Positions 28,638-38,730 of a DNA stretch of 64,000 bases are shown here, piece after piece. Location of the stretch: the NCBI GenBank assembly GCA_965204375.1, contig OZ241986.1, positions 416,001 through 480,000 on the forward strand, given 5' to 3'. How positions within the stretch are numbered: the stretch's first letter is position 1; every line of letters begins with the position of its first letter. The position numbers and the translations under genes were made by a program. The DNA comes from Candidatus Latescibacterota bacterium. GTDB lineage: Bacteria; Latescibacterota; UBA2968. A model generated the notes under the pieces. That model made no database searches, was not told the DNA's origin, and was given only the letters and a program-made list of their open reading frames with translations.

Positions 28638-30317
28638 CTAGATTGGGTTGTGTGTTTCAGGGGTATTTTCGCCTCTGTTTTGCAACTCTTCGGCAATTTC
28701 ATCCATCAGGACAGCCAGTTCAAGGACATTTTCGCTCGTGACTGAGCCAAGAAATACACCTGTGTCTCCATCTGTGATTGGGATTACGGACAACGAATGA
28801 TCCGTCATGCGCTTGAGCACGTCTTCAATTGGCTCATCGGGCTGAGCCTGCGGCAAATCTGTGCGCAACACAGTGCTCAGGCTCAGGTTTGCCCGCAAAC
28901 GCGAGGACATTGCCTGTAGGCGGGGAAGCGAGACGATCCCTACAACCTCGCCGCGATCAACCACGAGATAATCCCGTTGATTTGGCACGGACCAATCATT
29001 GATAAAATCCTCTGCCGAGAGCGCAGAATTGGGATATGTGCGCGTGCTGTCCATGACGTGGTTGACGGTAATATCCCGCATTGCGCGGCGGGCATAAGAA
29101 AGCGGTATGGCGGTGGGTAGCTTGGCGCGATGCGTTTTTTTGGCTCCGGTAATTGCCAGGTCAATGGCTTGCGGCATCAGCACAATATAGCCGAACATCA
29201 TGAGCACGAATAGCGAAAAGACATCCTTGCCGATTACGCCGTTCTCAAAGAGGACGAGGAGGAGGGCGATTTCCGCCACGCCCTTTGCCATCAATCCCGT
29301 GGCCTGCGCGAAGGGATTGTCCAGACGCGCCATATAGGTACCGATAACGGCACCGGCGAATTTGCCCAGAGACGGGAACACGACCAATGCGACGATGGTC
29401 GCGATTGGCAAGGTCAAAAAAGAAAGATCCAGGTGCAAACCGGCCGAAGCGAAAAAGAGCGGGACAAACAAGCCCTCTGCTGCGCTTCGCAAACCGGGCA
29501 GGACGTCTTCGTGGACCTGACGGGGCATACTCGACAGGGCCGTGCCGAAAAGCAGCGCGCCAATAGAGCCGTGCAGGTGGAGATATTCGGCACCCACTAC
29601 CATCAGGAAAAGGCCGCCGATCAGCAGCCCAAACGACAGTTCGGGTACATTTAAGACCTTCTGCAAGAAGACAATCGCATGGGGCAGTAGTCGCGCCGAT
29701 ATGAACCAGGCCACCACTGCAAAGCCCGCCATTTGTATCAACAGAAGAAGCACACTATAAAAACTCAGGTCGTATGTCTGTGCGCCAATTTCGCTGATGG
29801 AGAACCCGACCACGAGGAGGGCGATCAATTCGGCGATGATGACTGTGGTGAATATCTCGAGGCCGATGGGTTGTTTGAAATGTCCTTTGTCGGCGAACAC
29901 CTTTGCCACAAGCCCCAGGCTGGACAGCGAGAGAATGCCAGCCAGTGCCAGTGCCTCTGTGAAATTGAGGTTGAGGGCAAAGCTGATGTTGAAAAGGTTT
30001 GATGTGAACACCAAAGCGACGATGAGTGAGATGAGCACCGACACGGTGGCTGCGACAAAGAACCGTCCGCGAATCGTTGCCACAAAGCTGGGGATGTCGA
30101 TTTCATCGAGGCCGACCAAAAAGAAGAAGACGAAGATGCCGATGCCCAAGAACGTCTGGAGTTCTGGCGTTGGCTCGACGATATTTGTGATGGGGCCGAG
30201 CAAGGTGCCCGTGATTGTATAGGCGACGATTGAGTTTAAGCCAAAACGGTTAAACAGACCCTCGAAAATTTTGCATACGACAATGAGCAGGCCAAGGGGT
30301 AGCAGGGCGTCAATCAT
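28638..30317 (-). CDS. Cation:proton antiporter with C-terminal CBS pair
   Basis: About 12 TM, 'FVPLFFASAGL', 'KGVAEI'; soluble CBS-like tail; start could instead be 30350. Confidence 0.8.
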   Translation of the reverse strand: MIDALLPLGLLIVVCKIFEGLFNRFGLNSIVAYTITGTLLGPITNIVEPTPELQTFLGIGIFVFFFLVGLDEIDIPSFVATIRGRFFVAATVSVLISLIVALVFTSNLFNISFALNLNFTEALALAGILSLSSLGLVAKVFADKGHFKQPIGLEIFTTVIIAELIALLVVGFSISEIGAQTYDLSFYSVLLLLIQMAGFAVVAWFISARLLPHAIVFLQKVLNVPELSFGLLIGGLFLMVVGAEYLHLHGSIGALLFGTALSSMPRQVHEDVLPGLRSAAEGLFVPLFFASAGLHLDLSFLTLPIATIVALVVFPSLGKFAGAVIGTYMARLDNPFAQATGLMAKGVAEIALLLVLFENGVIGKDVFSLFVLMMFGYIVLMPQAIDLAITGAKKTHRAKLPTAIPLSYARRAMRDITVNHVMDSTRTYPNSALSAEDFINDWSVPNQRDYLVVDRGEVVGIVSLPRLQAMSSRLRANLSLSTVLRTDLPQAQPDEPIEDVLKRMTDHSLSVIPITDGDTGVFLGSVTSENVLELAVLMDEIAEELQNRGENTPETHNPI

Positions 30318-30459
30318 AGGTAGGGTCTCATATTCTTGGGGGGGCAGCATCCCGGAAGGATGACGGCGAATAGGATATAGATGTTTGATATGAAAAATAA
30401 ATCGCCTATTAAAAAAAGCAAGCCTTTCTCACGCCCTTTGCCCCGCGTTTATATAATGC

Positions 30460-30488
30460 TTGACAAGGTGCATTTTTTTCGGTATCAC
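30460..30488 (+). promoter_or_regulatory. Putative sigma70 promoter
   Basis: TTGACA-17nt-TATCAC. Confidence 0.45.
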
Positions 30489-30554
30489 ATCGCCTTGTTC
30501 ATGCTATTCGCAAACCGCCATCGCATACAATACGATAACTCTGGAGATTGCGCT

Positions 30555-31865
30555 ATGAAGCATATATGTATTCTTTTTGGTCTGATATTTCTCGTTGTGG
30601 GCTGTAAACCCACTGAGTCGCCGACGCCGACGAAGCGCTCTATCACTATATGGTGGGCGCAGTGGGACCCCGCGGATGGACTTCAGGAATTGGGCAATAA
30701 ATTCGAACAGGAAACGGGTATTGCCGTTAAAGTCCACCAGATTCCCTGGCCGTCTTATCAGGATCAAGTCTTTCTCAATTTTGGAAATAATGAAACGGAT
30801 TTTGACATTGTGATTGGCGATAGTCAGTGGATTGGACGCGGCGCGACACGCGGCCTTTACGTCGATCTGACCGACTGGCTGCCCACGGCAATTGATATCG
30901 ACAAAATTCATCCCCGCGCCGCGCGCTATTTGTGCGAATATCCGCCCGGTGGTGGTAAATTCTACGCTGCGCCATGTGAAACCGATGCCGTCGGATTTGT
31001 CTATCGCAAGGACTGGTTTGAAGATCCCGCCGAGCAAGCGGCATTTAAAGAGAAATACGGGCGCGATCTGACGATTCCCGACAATTGGGATGAATTCCGC
31101 GATCTGGCTGAATTTTTCCATCGTCCCGATCAAAAACAATACGGCTGCGCTCTGCTCACCGGGCGAGGATATGATTCGATGACGATGGGCTTTCAGATGT
31201 TTATGTGGGGTTTTGGCGGCTCGTGGGGTGAGTTTGGCGAATTTGCAGTGGATGGGTATGTCAATAAACCCGAAGTGGCGGAAGCTCTTGGGTACCTGAA
31301 AGGGTTGTTACAATACGGTCCCAATGGCGCGACTAATTTCGACTACGGCAAAACCTTCGAGGCCTTTATCAATGGTTCGACGGCTATGAGCATGAACTAT
31401 TTCGCCTTTTATCCCGGCATTGTGAAACAGATGGGGGATAAGGCAGGATTTTTCATGGTGCCCAAAGCCGGCGACAAGCGCGTGGTGAGTCTGGGAGGAC
31501 AGGGGTTTAGCATTTCGACCAAAACGTCCGCAGAGCAACAAGAACTGGCCAAGCAATTCATCGCGTGGTTCTTGCAAACCGATATTCAAAAAGAATGGAT
31601 TACCAAAGACGCCGGATTTACCGCCAATACAGATATTCTCAATAGCGAAGAATTTCGAAACGCATCTCCGTACAACCGTGCTTTTGCAGAGTCGCTCGAT
31701 TATCTCCAGGACTTTTGGAATGCGCCTGTCTATAACGAGTTGCTCGCGGTTTCACAACGCTATTTGGGCGAAGCGATTGACGGGGTTACACCCGCGCAGG
31801 AAGCCCTTGACAAAATCGCTGCCGAACACGAGCAGATTTTCAAAGATGCCGGTTTGTTGAAGTAA
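30555..31865 (+). CDS. Sugar ABC transporter substrate-binding lipoprotein
   Basis: Lipobox 'LVVGC'; 'YRKDWF', 'PDNWDEF', 'LGGQGFSI'. Confidence 0.88.
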   Translation: MKHICILFGLIFLVVGCKPTESPTPTKRSITIWWAQWDPADGLQELGNKFEQETGIAVKVHQIPWPSYQDQVFLNFGNNETDFDIVIGDSQWIGRGATRGLYVDLTDWLPTAIDIDKIHPRAARYLCEYPPGGGKFYAAPCETDAVGFVYRKDWFEDPAEQAAFKEKYGRDLTIPDNWDEFRDLAEFFHRPDQKQYGCALLTGRGYDSMTMGFQMFMWGFGGSWGEFGEFAVDGYVNKPEVAEALGYLKGLLQYGPNGATNFDYGKTFEAFINGSTAMSMNYFAFYPGIVKQMGDKAGFFMVPKAGDKRVVSLGGQGFSISTKTSAEQQELAKQFIAWFLQTDIQKEWITKDAGFTANTDILNSEEFRNASPYNRAFAESLDYLQDFWNAPVYNELLAVSQRYLGEAIDGVTPAQEALDKIAAEHEQIFKDAGLLK

Positions 31866-31894
31866 TCATAACTCAAAAAGGAAAGTACAACTCT

Positions 31895-32929
31895 ATGTCC
31901 TCTTTCAAAACGCCTGAAGATATCAAGGTGGGTGTTATCGGCTACGGCGGCGCATTTAATATGGGGCGTCAGCATCTCACGTTTATGAAAAAGGCGGGTA
32001 TGGCACCTGTTGCGGTTGCAGAACTCGACGAAAAGCGCTTGAAAGTCGCGCGAGAAGAATTTCCCGGTATCGAGACTTATACATCTGTGTCTGATATGCT
32101 GGACAACTCCGATGTCAATCTCGTTGTGATCATCACCCCACACAATACGCATGCCGAACTGGCATTGCAATGCCTGCGCGCGGGGTGCCACGTTATCAGC
32201 GAAAAACCGCTGGCGATTACGACTGAGGAATGCGATGCGATGATCCGCGAAGCAGGAAAGCGAGACCTCCTTCTTTCTACTTATCACAATCGCCATTGGG
32301 ATGGGTGTATTTTGGAAGCTCTCGAACAGATTCACTCGCGCAAGGTTATTGGGGAGGTCTATCGCATTGAAGCCCATATGGGGGGATACAATCGACCGGG
32401 TGACTGGTGGCGCAGTAGTAAGAGTATTTCGGGGGGTATTCTCTACGATTGGGGTGTTCATTTGCTCGAATATTCGCTTCAGATTCTGCAATCGGATATT
32501 GTGGAGGTCACCGGGTTTGCACACACCGGTTTCTGGGCTGATGAGACCCGCTGGCAGGCCGATACCAATGAAGACGAGGCCACTGCTGTCGTGCGTTTCA
32601 AGGATGGGACCTGGATCAATCTCACGATGTCAAGTATTGCATCTGCCCCCCGCAAGGGTTGGCTCGAGATTACTGGTACGGAGGGTACTTATATTTTTGA
32701 TGGTGGGACGTACGAAATTTTGCGGATAAAAGATGGGGAAAAGGTTGTTTCCTCTGGCAAAAATCCCGGTCACCAATACGATAAATACTACGATAATATT
32801 GCCGCGCATCTCTCGACGGGTGAAGATTTGATCATCACACCCGAATGGTCCCGCCGTCCCATTCACATCCTCGACCTTGCCTGCAAAAGCGCGGCGATGG
32901 GGCAAACGCTCAAGGCGAAGTACGTTTGA
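31895..32929 (+). CDS. Gfo/Idh/MocA oxidoreductase
   Basis: 'GVIGYG', 'HVISEKP', 'HNRHWD', 'GGILYDWGVH'. Confidence 0.9.
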   Translation: MSSFKTPEDIKVGVIGYGGAFNMGRQHLTFMKKAGMAPVAVAELDEKRLKVAREEFPGIETYTSVSDMLDNSDVNLVVIITPHNTHAELALQCLRAGCHVISEKPLAITTEECDAMIREAGKRDLLLSTYHNRHWDGCILEALEQIHSRKVIGEVYRIEAHMGGYNRPGDWWRSSKSISGGILYDWGVHLLEYSLQILQSDIVEVTGFAHTGFWADETRWQADTNEDEATAVVRFKDGTWINLTMSSIASAPRKGWLEITGTEGTYIFDGGTYEILRIKDGEKVVSSGKNPGHQYDKYYDNIAAHLSTGEDLIITPEWSRRPIHILDLACKSAAMGQTLKAKYV

Positions 32930-32948
32930 TATGTGCAGCTTTAGTACC

Positions 32949-32977
32949 TTGCAATTGTCTGCTTATTGCGGTATGAT
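32949..32977 (+). promoter_or_regulatory. sigma70 promoter of the two-gene cassette
   Basis: TTGCAA-17nt-TATGAT. Confidence 0.6.
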
Positions 32978-33021
32978 TATATCCTATATCGCACATCAAA
33001 TTCTATTAAAAGGAATACATC

Positions 33022-33402
33022 ATGGCCTCAGTAACTGTTCCACCAACTATTTCCTCTGTTCAGGTTGTCGCTGAGGCAAAGGAGCGGTTACTTGTTCTGG
33101 AAGATGATTGGGATGGGGAAGGGGCACCTGCTTACTGTGAACAAACCATAGAGGCAGCTGCGGCTTTTTTTTATCAACTGGCGGAGAGATCTGAGTTAGC
33201 AACGCCGGTAAGGATTTTGCCAGCCAGCGAGGGGAGCATTGATCTCCATTGGAAGACAGCGCGGTTCGAGCTTTTGGTCAACTTCCATCCTGACGGTTCG
33301 GTATCCTACTACGGGGATGACTATTGCGAAAATGTCATTCAGGGCAAGACTCATCCCAAGCCTGAGGTTATCGCGTGCTGGATGGAGCATCCTGGTGAAT
33401 AA
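33022..33402 (+). CDS. Hypothetical acidic 'WDG-motif' protein (candidate antitoxin)
   Basis: 126 aa; 'LEDDWDGEGA', 'PASEGSIDLHW'; AAGGA RBS. Confidence 0.7.
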   Translation: MASVTVPPTISSVQVVAEAKERLLVLEDDWDGEGAPAYCEQTIEAAAAFFYQLAERSELATPVRILPASEGSIDLHWKTARFELLVNFHPDGSVSYYGDDYCENVIQGKTHPKPEVIACWMEHPGE

Positions 33403-33799
33403 GTGGCCGACAGAAGAAATACCAGATAAGGATGTACTTTACTACCGCATCCACAAGAGACGTTACCTGGAAACATCGCGTGCCTTACCGGCGGATGCGC
33501 CGAAAGACGAACTCCCGCCTAACCTGTTCAAGTTCATAAAGGGCGACCTGTCAGTTGACTGGTCAAAGTATGCGACCCCTCAAGAATCTAAAGATCGAGC
33601 CAGAGTGCCCGCTGACAATGGTATTGTGGAGTTTGAATCTGGTGATGTACGCGCTCGCGCCCATAAAGTAGTACATACCCCTGAGCAAAATAATCGCGCT
33701 CATAGCTCTGTGCGTGGTGATGAACCCGAAGTGCGGATTACATTGAGCCGCATTGCCCAATGGACTATCGGGTTTGGGCCGGAGAGTATCGGTCTATAA
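33395..33799 (+). CDS. Hypothetical protein, possible ADP-ribosyltransferase/RES-like fold
   Basis: GTG start with GGAG RBS overlapping the upstream stop; 'LYYR', 'LSVDW', 'VVHTP..NRAH' pattern. Confidence 0.6.
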   Translation: MNKWPTEEIPDKDVLYYRIHKRRYLETSRALPADAPKDELPPNLFKFIKGDLSVDWSKYATPQESKDRARVPADNGIVEFESGDVRARAHKVVHTPEQNNRAHSSVRGDEPEVRITLSRIAQWTIGFGPESIGL

Positions 33800-33900
33800 A
33801 TACAGATTCCGCTTCACTCACACGAGCACTATTGCACGAACACCCCATGGATAGTCACGCCAGCCCGTAGAGTGTCTTGTAAATCATCAAAAAAATAAAA

Positions 33901-33942
33901 AAAGTGGCCCATGTCTCTCGACACAGGTCGCTTTCTTTTTTC
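33901..33942. terminator. Hairpin terminator between convergent genes
   Basis: aaagtggcc-catgtc-tctc-gaca-caggtcgcttt with A/T-rich flanks. Confidence 0.55.
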
Positions 33943-33951
33943 ATTACTGGA

Positions 33952-34674
33952 CTAAATGCCAATCCGCTTTGGAAAGACTGTTATCCCCCAATTCACATAC
34001 TGGTCTCGCTCTTCAGGTGTCTCGGCACTCATGCCCACTCTCACTTGTGTGTCTTTTACCTGATCGAGCACGTGTTTTACGCAGTCTTCTACTGTCCGAT
34101 ATGGAAATTGGGGATGCGCCTCAATGCTAAACATCAGATCGTTTGGTCCAAAGTTCAATACATCCACCCCTGGCTTAGCTAACTGCGCGGCGTTGATTAC
34201 TGCTTCAACGGATTCAATTTGGATTGCCAGCCATCCGTAAGCATTCCACTAGGGAGCGTATTCCAATCGATCTGGTCGCTCGTCCAATCCCACCCGATGT
34301 ATGCCGCCCCAACTGCGTTTGCCCATTTGGGGATAATAAAAGGCGTTTACGGCTTCCTCTACAATTTCTTCACTTTCGACTTCAGGTACCATAATTCCCG
34401 AAGGCCCCAGATCGAGATAATTGCCGATCAGATAGGCGTGGCGAGTGTGCTTAATCCGAATCTGAACGGGTAAATTCAATTCCCGGGCCATGATGCAGAA
34501 AGCCACCAGGTGGGCTTCGTTAAAAGGCCCGTGTTGTGCATCCACATTTAGATAGTCACATTCGTGTTGTGCCAGAATATCTGTTAGTTCTCCCTTTTCA
34601 ATGTCCATTGGCACGCCAATAGAATGTATTATTTCACCATTCCGAATCCGCTGTTTTAGAGTTTGTTCCGACAT
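33952..34674 (-). pseudogene. HpcH/HpaI aldolase family gene interrupted by an in-frame TAG
   Basis: One reading frame: '...RLEYAP*WNAYGWLAIQIESVEA...FGPNDL'; stop at 34249-34251. Confidence 0.8.
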
Positions 34675-34688
34675 TATACACCTCTTGT

Positions 34689-35792
34689 TTAGTCCAGGCT
34701 GTAGAGTTCCTGGGCATTCTCGGACATAATTTGTTTTTTTACATCACGGTCCGATACATAGCGCAGTGCCTGATCGGGAGAATCAAAATCCCAGTGCGGA
34801 TAATCGGTCGCAAACATCAGTCTGTCGTCCATGTCCATCTGCGCCAGCATTTGCTCGAAATACGCCGGGTCTGAAGGTTCTTCTACCGGCTGTGTGGTCA
34901 GATAGAAATGGTCCCGGATATATTCCGAGGGCAGTCGCTTTAAATAGGGCACCTCCATCTTGAGTTTTCGGTACCAGCTATCCATCCGCCACATCAGAGG
35001 TGCCACCCATCCGAAACCGCCTTCGATCAGGACGATCTTTAAGCCGGGAAAACGCTCAAAAACGCCTTCGTACACATAGCTCGTAACCTGCGCCTGAAAT
35101 GCCATGGGCATCCCGCCGTGATCCTGAATATAATGCGCCGCCTTGCCCGCGCCCGTAATTGGGCCAATACCCGTGCCACCAAAGTGAATGCCGATGGGGA
35201 GGTTGTAGTCAACGGCTGCTTCGTAAATTTTCCAGTATTTACGGCGGCCCAATGGTTCCATTGTTCGCGCCATGAACATCAGTTGTACAAATCCCGGGTG
35301 ATCGCCCAGGCGCTCAATTTCAGCGACGGCGAGATCGGCGTCCTCATACGCGACAGTCAGCGATGCGCGCAACCGCTCATCTTTTTCGAGCCATTCGGCT
35401 ATTTGCCATTCGTTAACCGCTTGTGCAATCGCCGCTCCGTATTCCAGGTTTTGCTGCCCTCCAGCAGGCGATAACGGATTCAATATGCCGTAGTCCATTT
35501 CCCAGGTATCCAGCAATTGTTCCTGCATAAAGCCCAGATGCGATCCCGGTGGTCCCTCAGGGGGGAATGCATCGTTTCGCGCGGCAAAGGGCACGGCTCT
35601 CGGACAATTGGAACCTGCGCGTCTGCGCCCTGCAATGCTCAAATGATAATCTTTCCACGCGCTGGGCATATAATCTACCCAGACCTCAGTGGCGGGGGAT
35701 TGGTATCCATCTACATTGTGTATATCGCAATCGATTATCGATAGCTTTTCCTTTTTTTTAACTTCTGGCTCTTCTAACATAGTCATTGCCAT
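34689..35792 (-). CDS. Amidohydrolase family 2 protein
   Basis: 'IIDCDIH', 'GIHFGG', 'IEGGFGW', 'FATDYPHWD'. Confidence 0.9.
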   Translation of the reverse strand: MAMTMLEEPEVKKKEKLSIIDCDIHNVDGYQSPATEVWVDYMPSAWKDYHLSIAGRRRAGSNCPRAVPFAARNDAFPPEGPPGSHLGFMQEQLLDTWEMDYGILNPLSPAGGQQNLEYGAAIAQAVNEWQIAEWLEKDERLRASLTVAYEDADLAVAEIERLGDHPGFVQLMFMARTMEPLGRRKYWKIYEAAVDYNLPIGIHFGGTGIGPITGAGKAAHYIQDHGGMPMAFQAQVTSYVYEGVFERFPGLKIVLIEGGFGWVAPLMWRMDSWYRKLKMEVPYLKRLPSEYIRDHFYLTTQPVEEPSDPAYFEQMLAQMDMDDRLMFATDYPHWDFDSPDQALRYVSDRDVKKQIMSENAQELYSLD

Positions 35793-35804
35793 AGCGGTAT
35801 CTCC

Positions 35805-36872
35805 TCACAATTTGTAAAACGCTCGTGCATTTTCTCTCAAAATTTTTTCCAGTAGCGAATCGGATAGCCCTTTTGGAATGGCGTCATCCGGTCCGTCAAA
35901 ATGCCAGTGCGGATAATCGGTCGAAAACATCAATATTTCGTCCGAGTCCAGTTGTCCAATCATTTGCAACAGGTGTTCGGAATTTATGGGTGCGTCCATT
36001 GGTTGTAGCGTCATCCGAATGTGTTCCCGCACGTAGTCCGATGGGGGGCGCACAACCCAGGGGGTGTCTCGGCGCAGACCTTTCCACTCTTTGTCCATGC
36101 GCCACATCCAGGCGGGCATCCACACAAATCCACTTTCGATTAACACCACCCGCAATTCGGGAAACCGCGCAAATGCGCCTTCTGAGATCAGGCTCAGGAC
36201 TTGTGCCTGAAAAATCTGTGCCATATCTGCACATTCTTCAATATAGGTCGAAGGCCAGCCTACGGGTGTGGGGGGAAGCGATGAGGCACCGCCAAAATGA
36301 ATGCCAATTGCCAGATTGTGCTTTACTGCAGCCGCGTACATCGGATTGTATTCGCTTTTTCCATACAGGGAATAGGACCGGACCGGGAGTATTACCTGTA
36401 CGAAGCCAGGATGATCGCCAAAGCGTTCAATTTCTCGCTCGGCGAGGATGGGATTCTGGCTGGGTACGACCAGTGAGGCGCGGAGACGCGCGTCTTTCTC
36501 CAGCCAGTGATCAATCTGCCACTGGTTGACCGCTGTTGCAAGCGATGCTGCGAGGTCTTCGTTGTGTACGCTTTGCACCCAATAGCCGCACGTCAAGATC
36601 CCCACTTCCACATCCCAGGGATCGAGTACCTGTTTTTGTATCAGTCTCAGATCGGAACCTGGAGGACCATTTGCAGGTCGCGTGCCTTGCCGCGCAGATG
36701 TGGGCGCGCCGCCTGGATAATCATTCGCGCCAGGACCCCGAAAATGGGATTCGCGAATATACGCGACCCAGTGGTCTTCCAGATACGGGACAAGGGTTTC
36801 CAATGAGGCAAACGCATTGTGAATGTCGCAATCGATAACGGGTCGGCCAAGGCCTGTAAAATTAGCAGTCAT
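35805..36872 (-). CDS. Amidohydrolase family 2 protein (tandem paralogue)
   Basis: 'VIDCDIH', 'IESGFVW', 'FSTDYPHW'. Confidence 0.9.
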   Translation of the reverse strand: MTANFTGLGRPVIDCDIHNAFASLETLVPYLEDHWVAYIRESHFRGPGANDYPGGAPTSARQGTRPANGPPGSDLRLIQKQVLDPWDVEVGILTCGYWVQSVHNEDLAASLATAVNQWQIDHWLEKDARLRASLVVPSQNPILAEREIERFGDHPGFVQVILPVRSYSLYGKSEYNPMYAAAVKHNLAIGIHFGGASSLPPTPVGWPSTYIEECADMAQIFQAQVLSLISEGAFARFPELRVVLIESGFVWMPAWMWRMDKEWKGLRRDTPWVVRPPSDYVREHIRMTLQPMDAPINSEHLLQMIGQLDSDEILMFSTDYPHWHFDGPDDAIPKGLSDSLLEKILRENARAFYKL

Positions 36873-36895
36873 ATTCTTTTCTTTTCGGGATGAGA

Positions 36896-38536
36896 TCATT
36901 GCGAGACGCCGCCGTGTGCGTCAAAAAAATCGAAAATAGTCGGCAGTGCTGTGTACCATATCGTGTTATGTGTATCGTCGGGGGTTTCGTTATAGGTGAA
37001 ATTTTTCATATACTTTGACAACAGTTTTGCGGTGCGTCGGGCGGGTTCTGCCAGCGCGACCATGTCCTTTGCCCCTTGCGAAAATAGCACGGGGAGATCG
37101 GCATGCGGTTTGACATGTCTCGATCTTACCCATCGTCCGCTGGCCGCGATTGGCGCGATGGCGGCAAATTTTTCGGCATGTCTCAATCCCAAAATCCAGG
37201 TGCCGCCTCCGCCCATCGAATGACCGGTGAGGTACACGCGCTCTGGATCGATATTGTAGATGGATAATACGCGATCTAATACATCCATGACATCTTGCCC
37301 GCCAATCCTTCGATACCCTGTAAAAGGTCCGCGCCCACTCGGCGAAACAAATACATATCCGCGTTCTTGCGATAGACGCTTGCACAGGTTCTCTGTTTCG
37401 CCTCTTCTGCGCCGATCCAACCAGGTGTTTTCGCTGCCAGACGCACCGTGAAGGCCAATGATCAGTGGCCATGACCGATCTGGCGTATATTCCTCTGGCA
37501 CAAATATGCGGTAGGGGACGAGTTGGCTGTCAACTGCTGAGCGGTACGCGAGGTGAAAGTCGCCAGTGCTTTTCTTCAGGGGATCTTTTCCTTCCAAAAG
37601 TGCCGAAGATAGGGTTTCGGCGAGGTCGATGTCCGCTGGTATGTTAATCGCGCCGCGCCATGTCAATCCTCTGCCACCGCCGCGGTATTTCATGACCATA
37701 GGTTGCGCTATTCGCCTGAGATCTCCCACGTATTTGGCGTGCATTTCCTCGAGGTGCGCGACGATATATTCGATTGTTTCAACGGCTGCCCGATGGGTCG
37801 CACCACGGGACGCAATATTCTTGCGCTGCAAGGTTTTTAGCCGCGTTTGCAAAATTTTCAGGCGTGAAGACATTGCATCTGTGTGCCAAAAAGCCCGCGT
37901 GACTCTCAGCAGAAGTTTGCCCGCTGGATCGCGCAATTCATAGCGCACACCTGCGCGTCCTTCGGGCAAACCCGCTGTTGATAAGGCGCAATTGAAAGCG
38001 CGGACAGACGAAATTGGTAGCGTGTGTTCGTCAACCACACCCTTCGTCCCTCGCAGCGATAGCCGCGCCGTATATTCGCCTGAAAGTAGCTGTCCCAGGG
38101 TAAAGAGGGGTTTCAGTTGCACGTGAAGCGTGTCGCCCGTGTTCGTGATGGTGCGATTTAATATCAGGTTGTAGCTCGCAGCGAGTTCTGTACCTTCGCC
38201 AGAGCTACTGTCTCGCGTCATTGTCATAAAGCGTATAAACAGGCGATAGGCGCGATAGTTGTCTTTTTTTTCAAAAGCAGCAAAAGCGGAATCCGATAGT
38301 GCCTGGAGATTGGGTGGTACGCCTTCTTCTGTTTTTCTCAGGCGGTTCAACGTAGAACGCGTGACCACTGTAAATGCGCGGGCATCTTCCCAGGCGATAT
38401 CGCCGAGTTGTTCGCCTTCGAGCAGGGTGATAGGAGGCTGGGCATGGCCTCTCACACAGGTTCCTATTATTAAGAATAGGAATATGCCATATATCGAGGT
38501 GTATTTCAAAAAAAGATGTGGGAAAGAGATGGGCAT
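36896..38536 (-). CDS. Secreted alpha/beta hydrolase (esterase/peptidase)
   Basis: Signal peptide; 'WPLIIGLHG', 'RVYLTGHSMGG' nucleophile elbow. Confidence 0.8.
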   Translation of the reverse strand: MPISFPHLFLKYTSIYGIFLFLIIGTCVRGHAQPPITLLEGEQLGDIAWEDARAFTVVTRSTLNRLRKTEEGVPPNLQALSDSAFAAFEKKDNYRAYRLFIRFMTMTRDSSSGEGTELAASYNLILNRTITNTGDTLHVQLKPLFTLGQLLSGEYTARLSLRGTKGVVDEHTLPISSVRAFNCALSTAGLPEGRAGVRYELRDPAGKLLLRVTRAFWHTDAMSSRLKILQTRLKTLQRKNIASRGATHRAAVETIEYIVAHLEEMHAKYVGDLRRIAQPMVMKYRGGGRGLTWRGAINIPADIDLAETLSSALLEGKDPLKKSTGDFHLAYRSAVDSQLVPYRIFVPEEYTPDRSWPLIIGLHGASGSENTWLDRRRRGETENLCKRLSQERGYVFVSPSGRGPFTGYRRIGGQDVMDVLDRVLSIYNIDPERVYLTGHSMGGGGTWILGLRHAEKFAAIAPIAASGRWVRSRHVKPHADLPVLFSQGAKDMVALAEPARRTAKLLSKYMKNFTYNETPDDTHNTIWYTALPTIFDFFDAHGGVSQ

Positions 38537-38730
38537 AAGTGTATCCTTTTTATGGATCAACTGAGTGGTGTACAACTGGCCGCCTATCAGGCCAGTTCAT
38601 CATCTGACAAAATAAGTTGCTATTGGGAAAAACGCAAGGCTAAGGAACAATTCCGACTTGTGCGATGTGGAATCCCACTTTATCATGGCTCTGTCGCTAC
38701 TATTGCCAATTTTATGCAAAGGAAAAAATA

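Noticed and set aside
33913-33924. tgtctctcgaca, the reverse complement of the attenuator terminator core tgtcgagagaca
   Set aside because: Only 12 nt, most simply a preferred GAGA-tetraloop terminator motif rather than a functional link.
34249-34251. Pyrrolysine or genome-wide amber recoding
   Set aside because: TAG ends several intact genes in the window (for example at 4683, 54308, 56483) and no pyl genes are visible.
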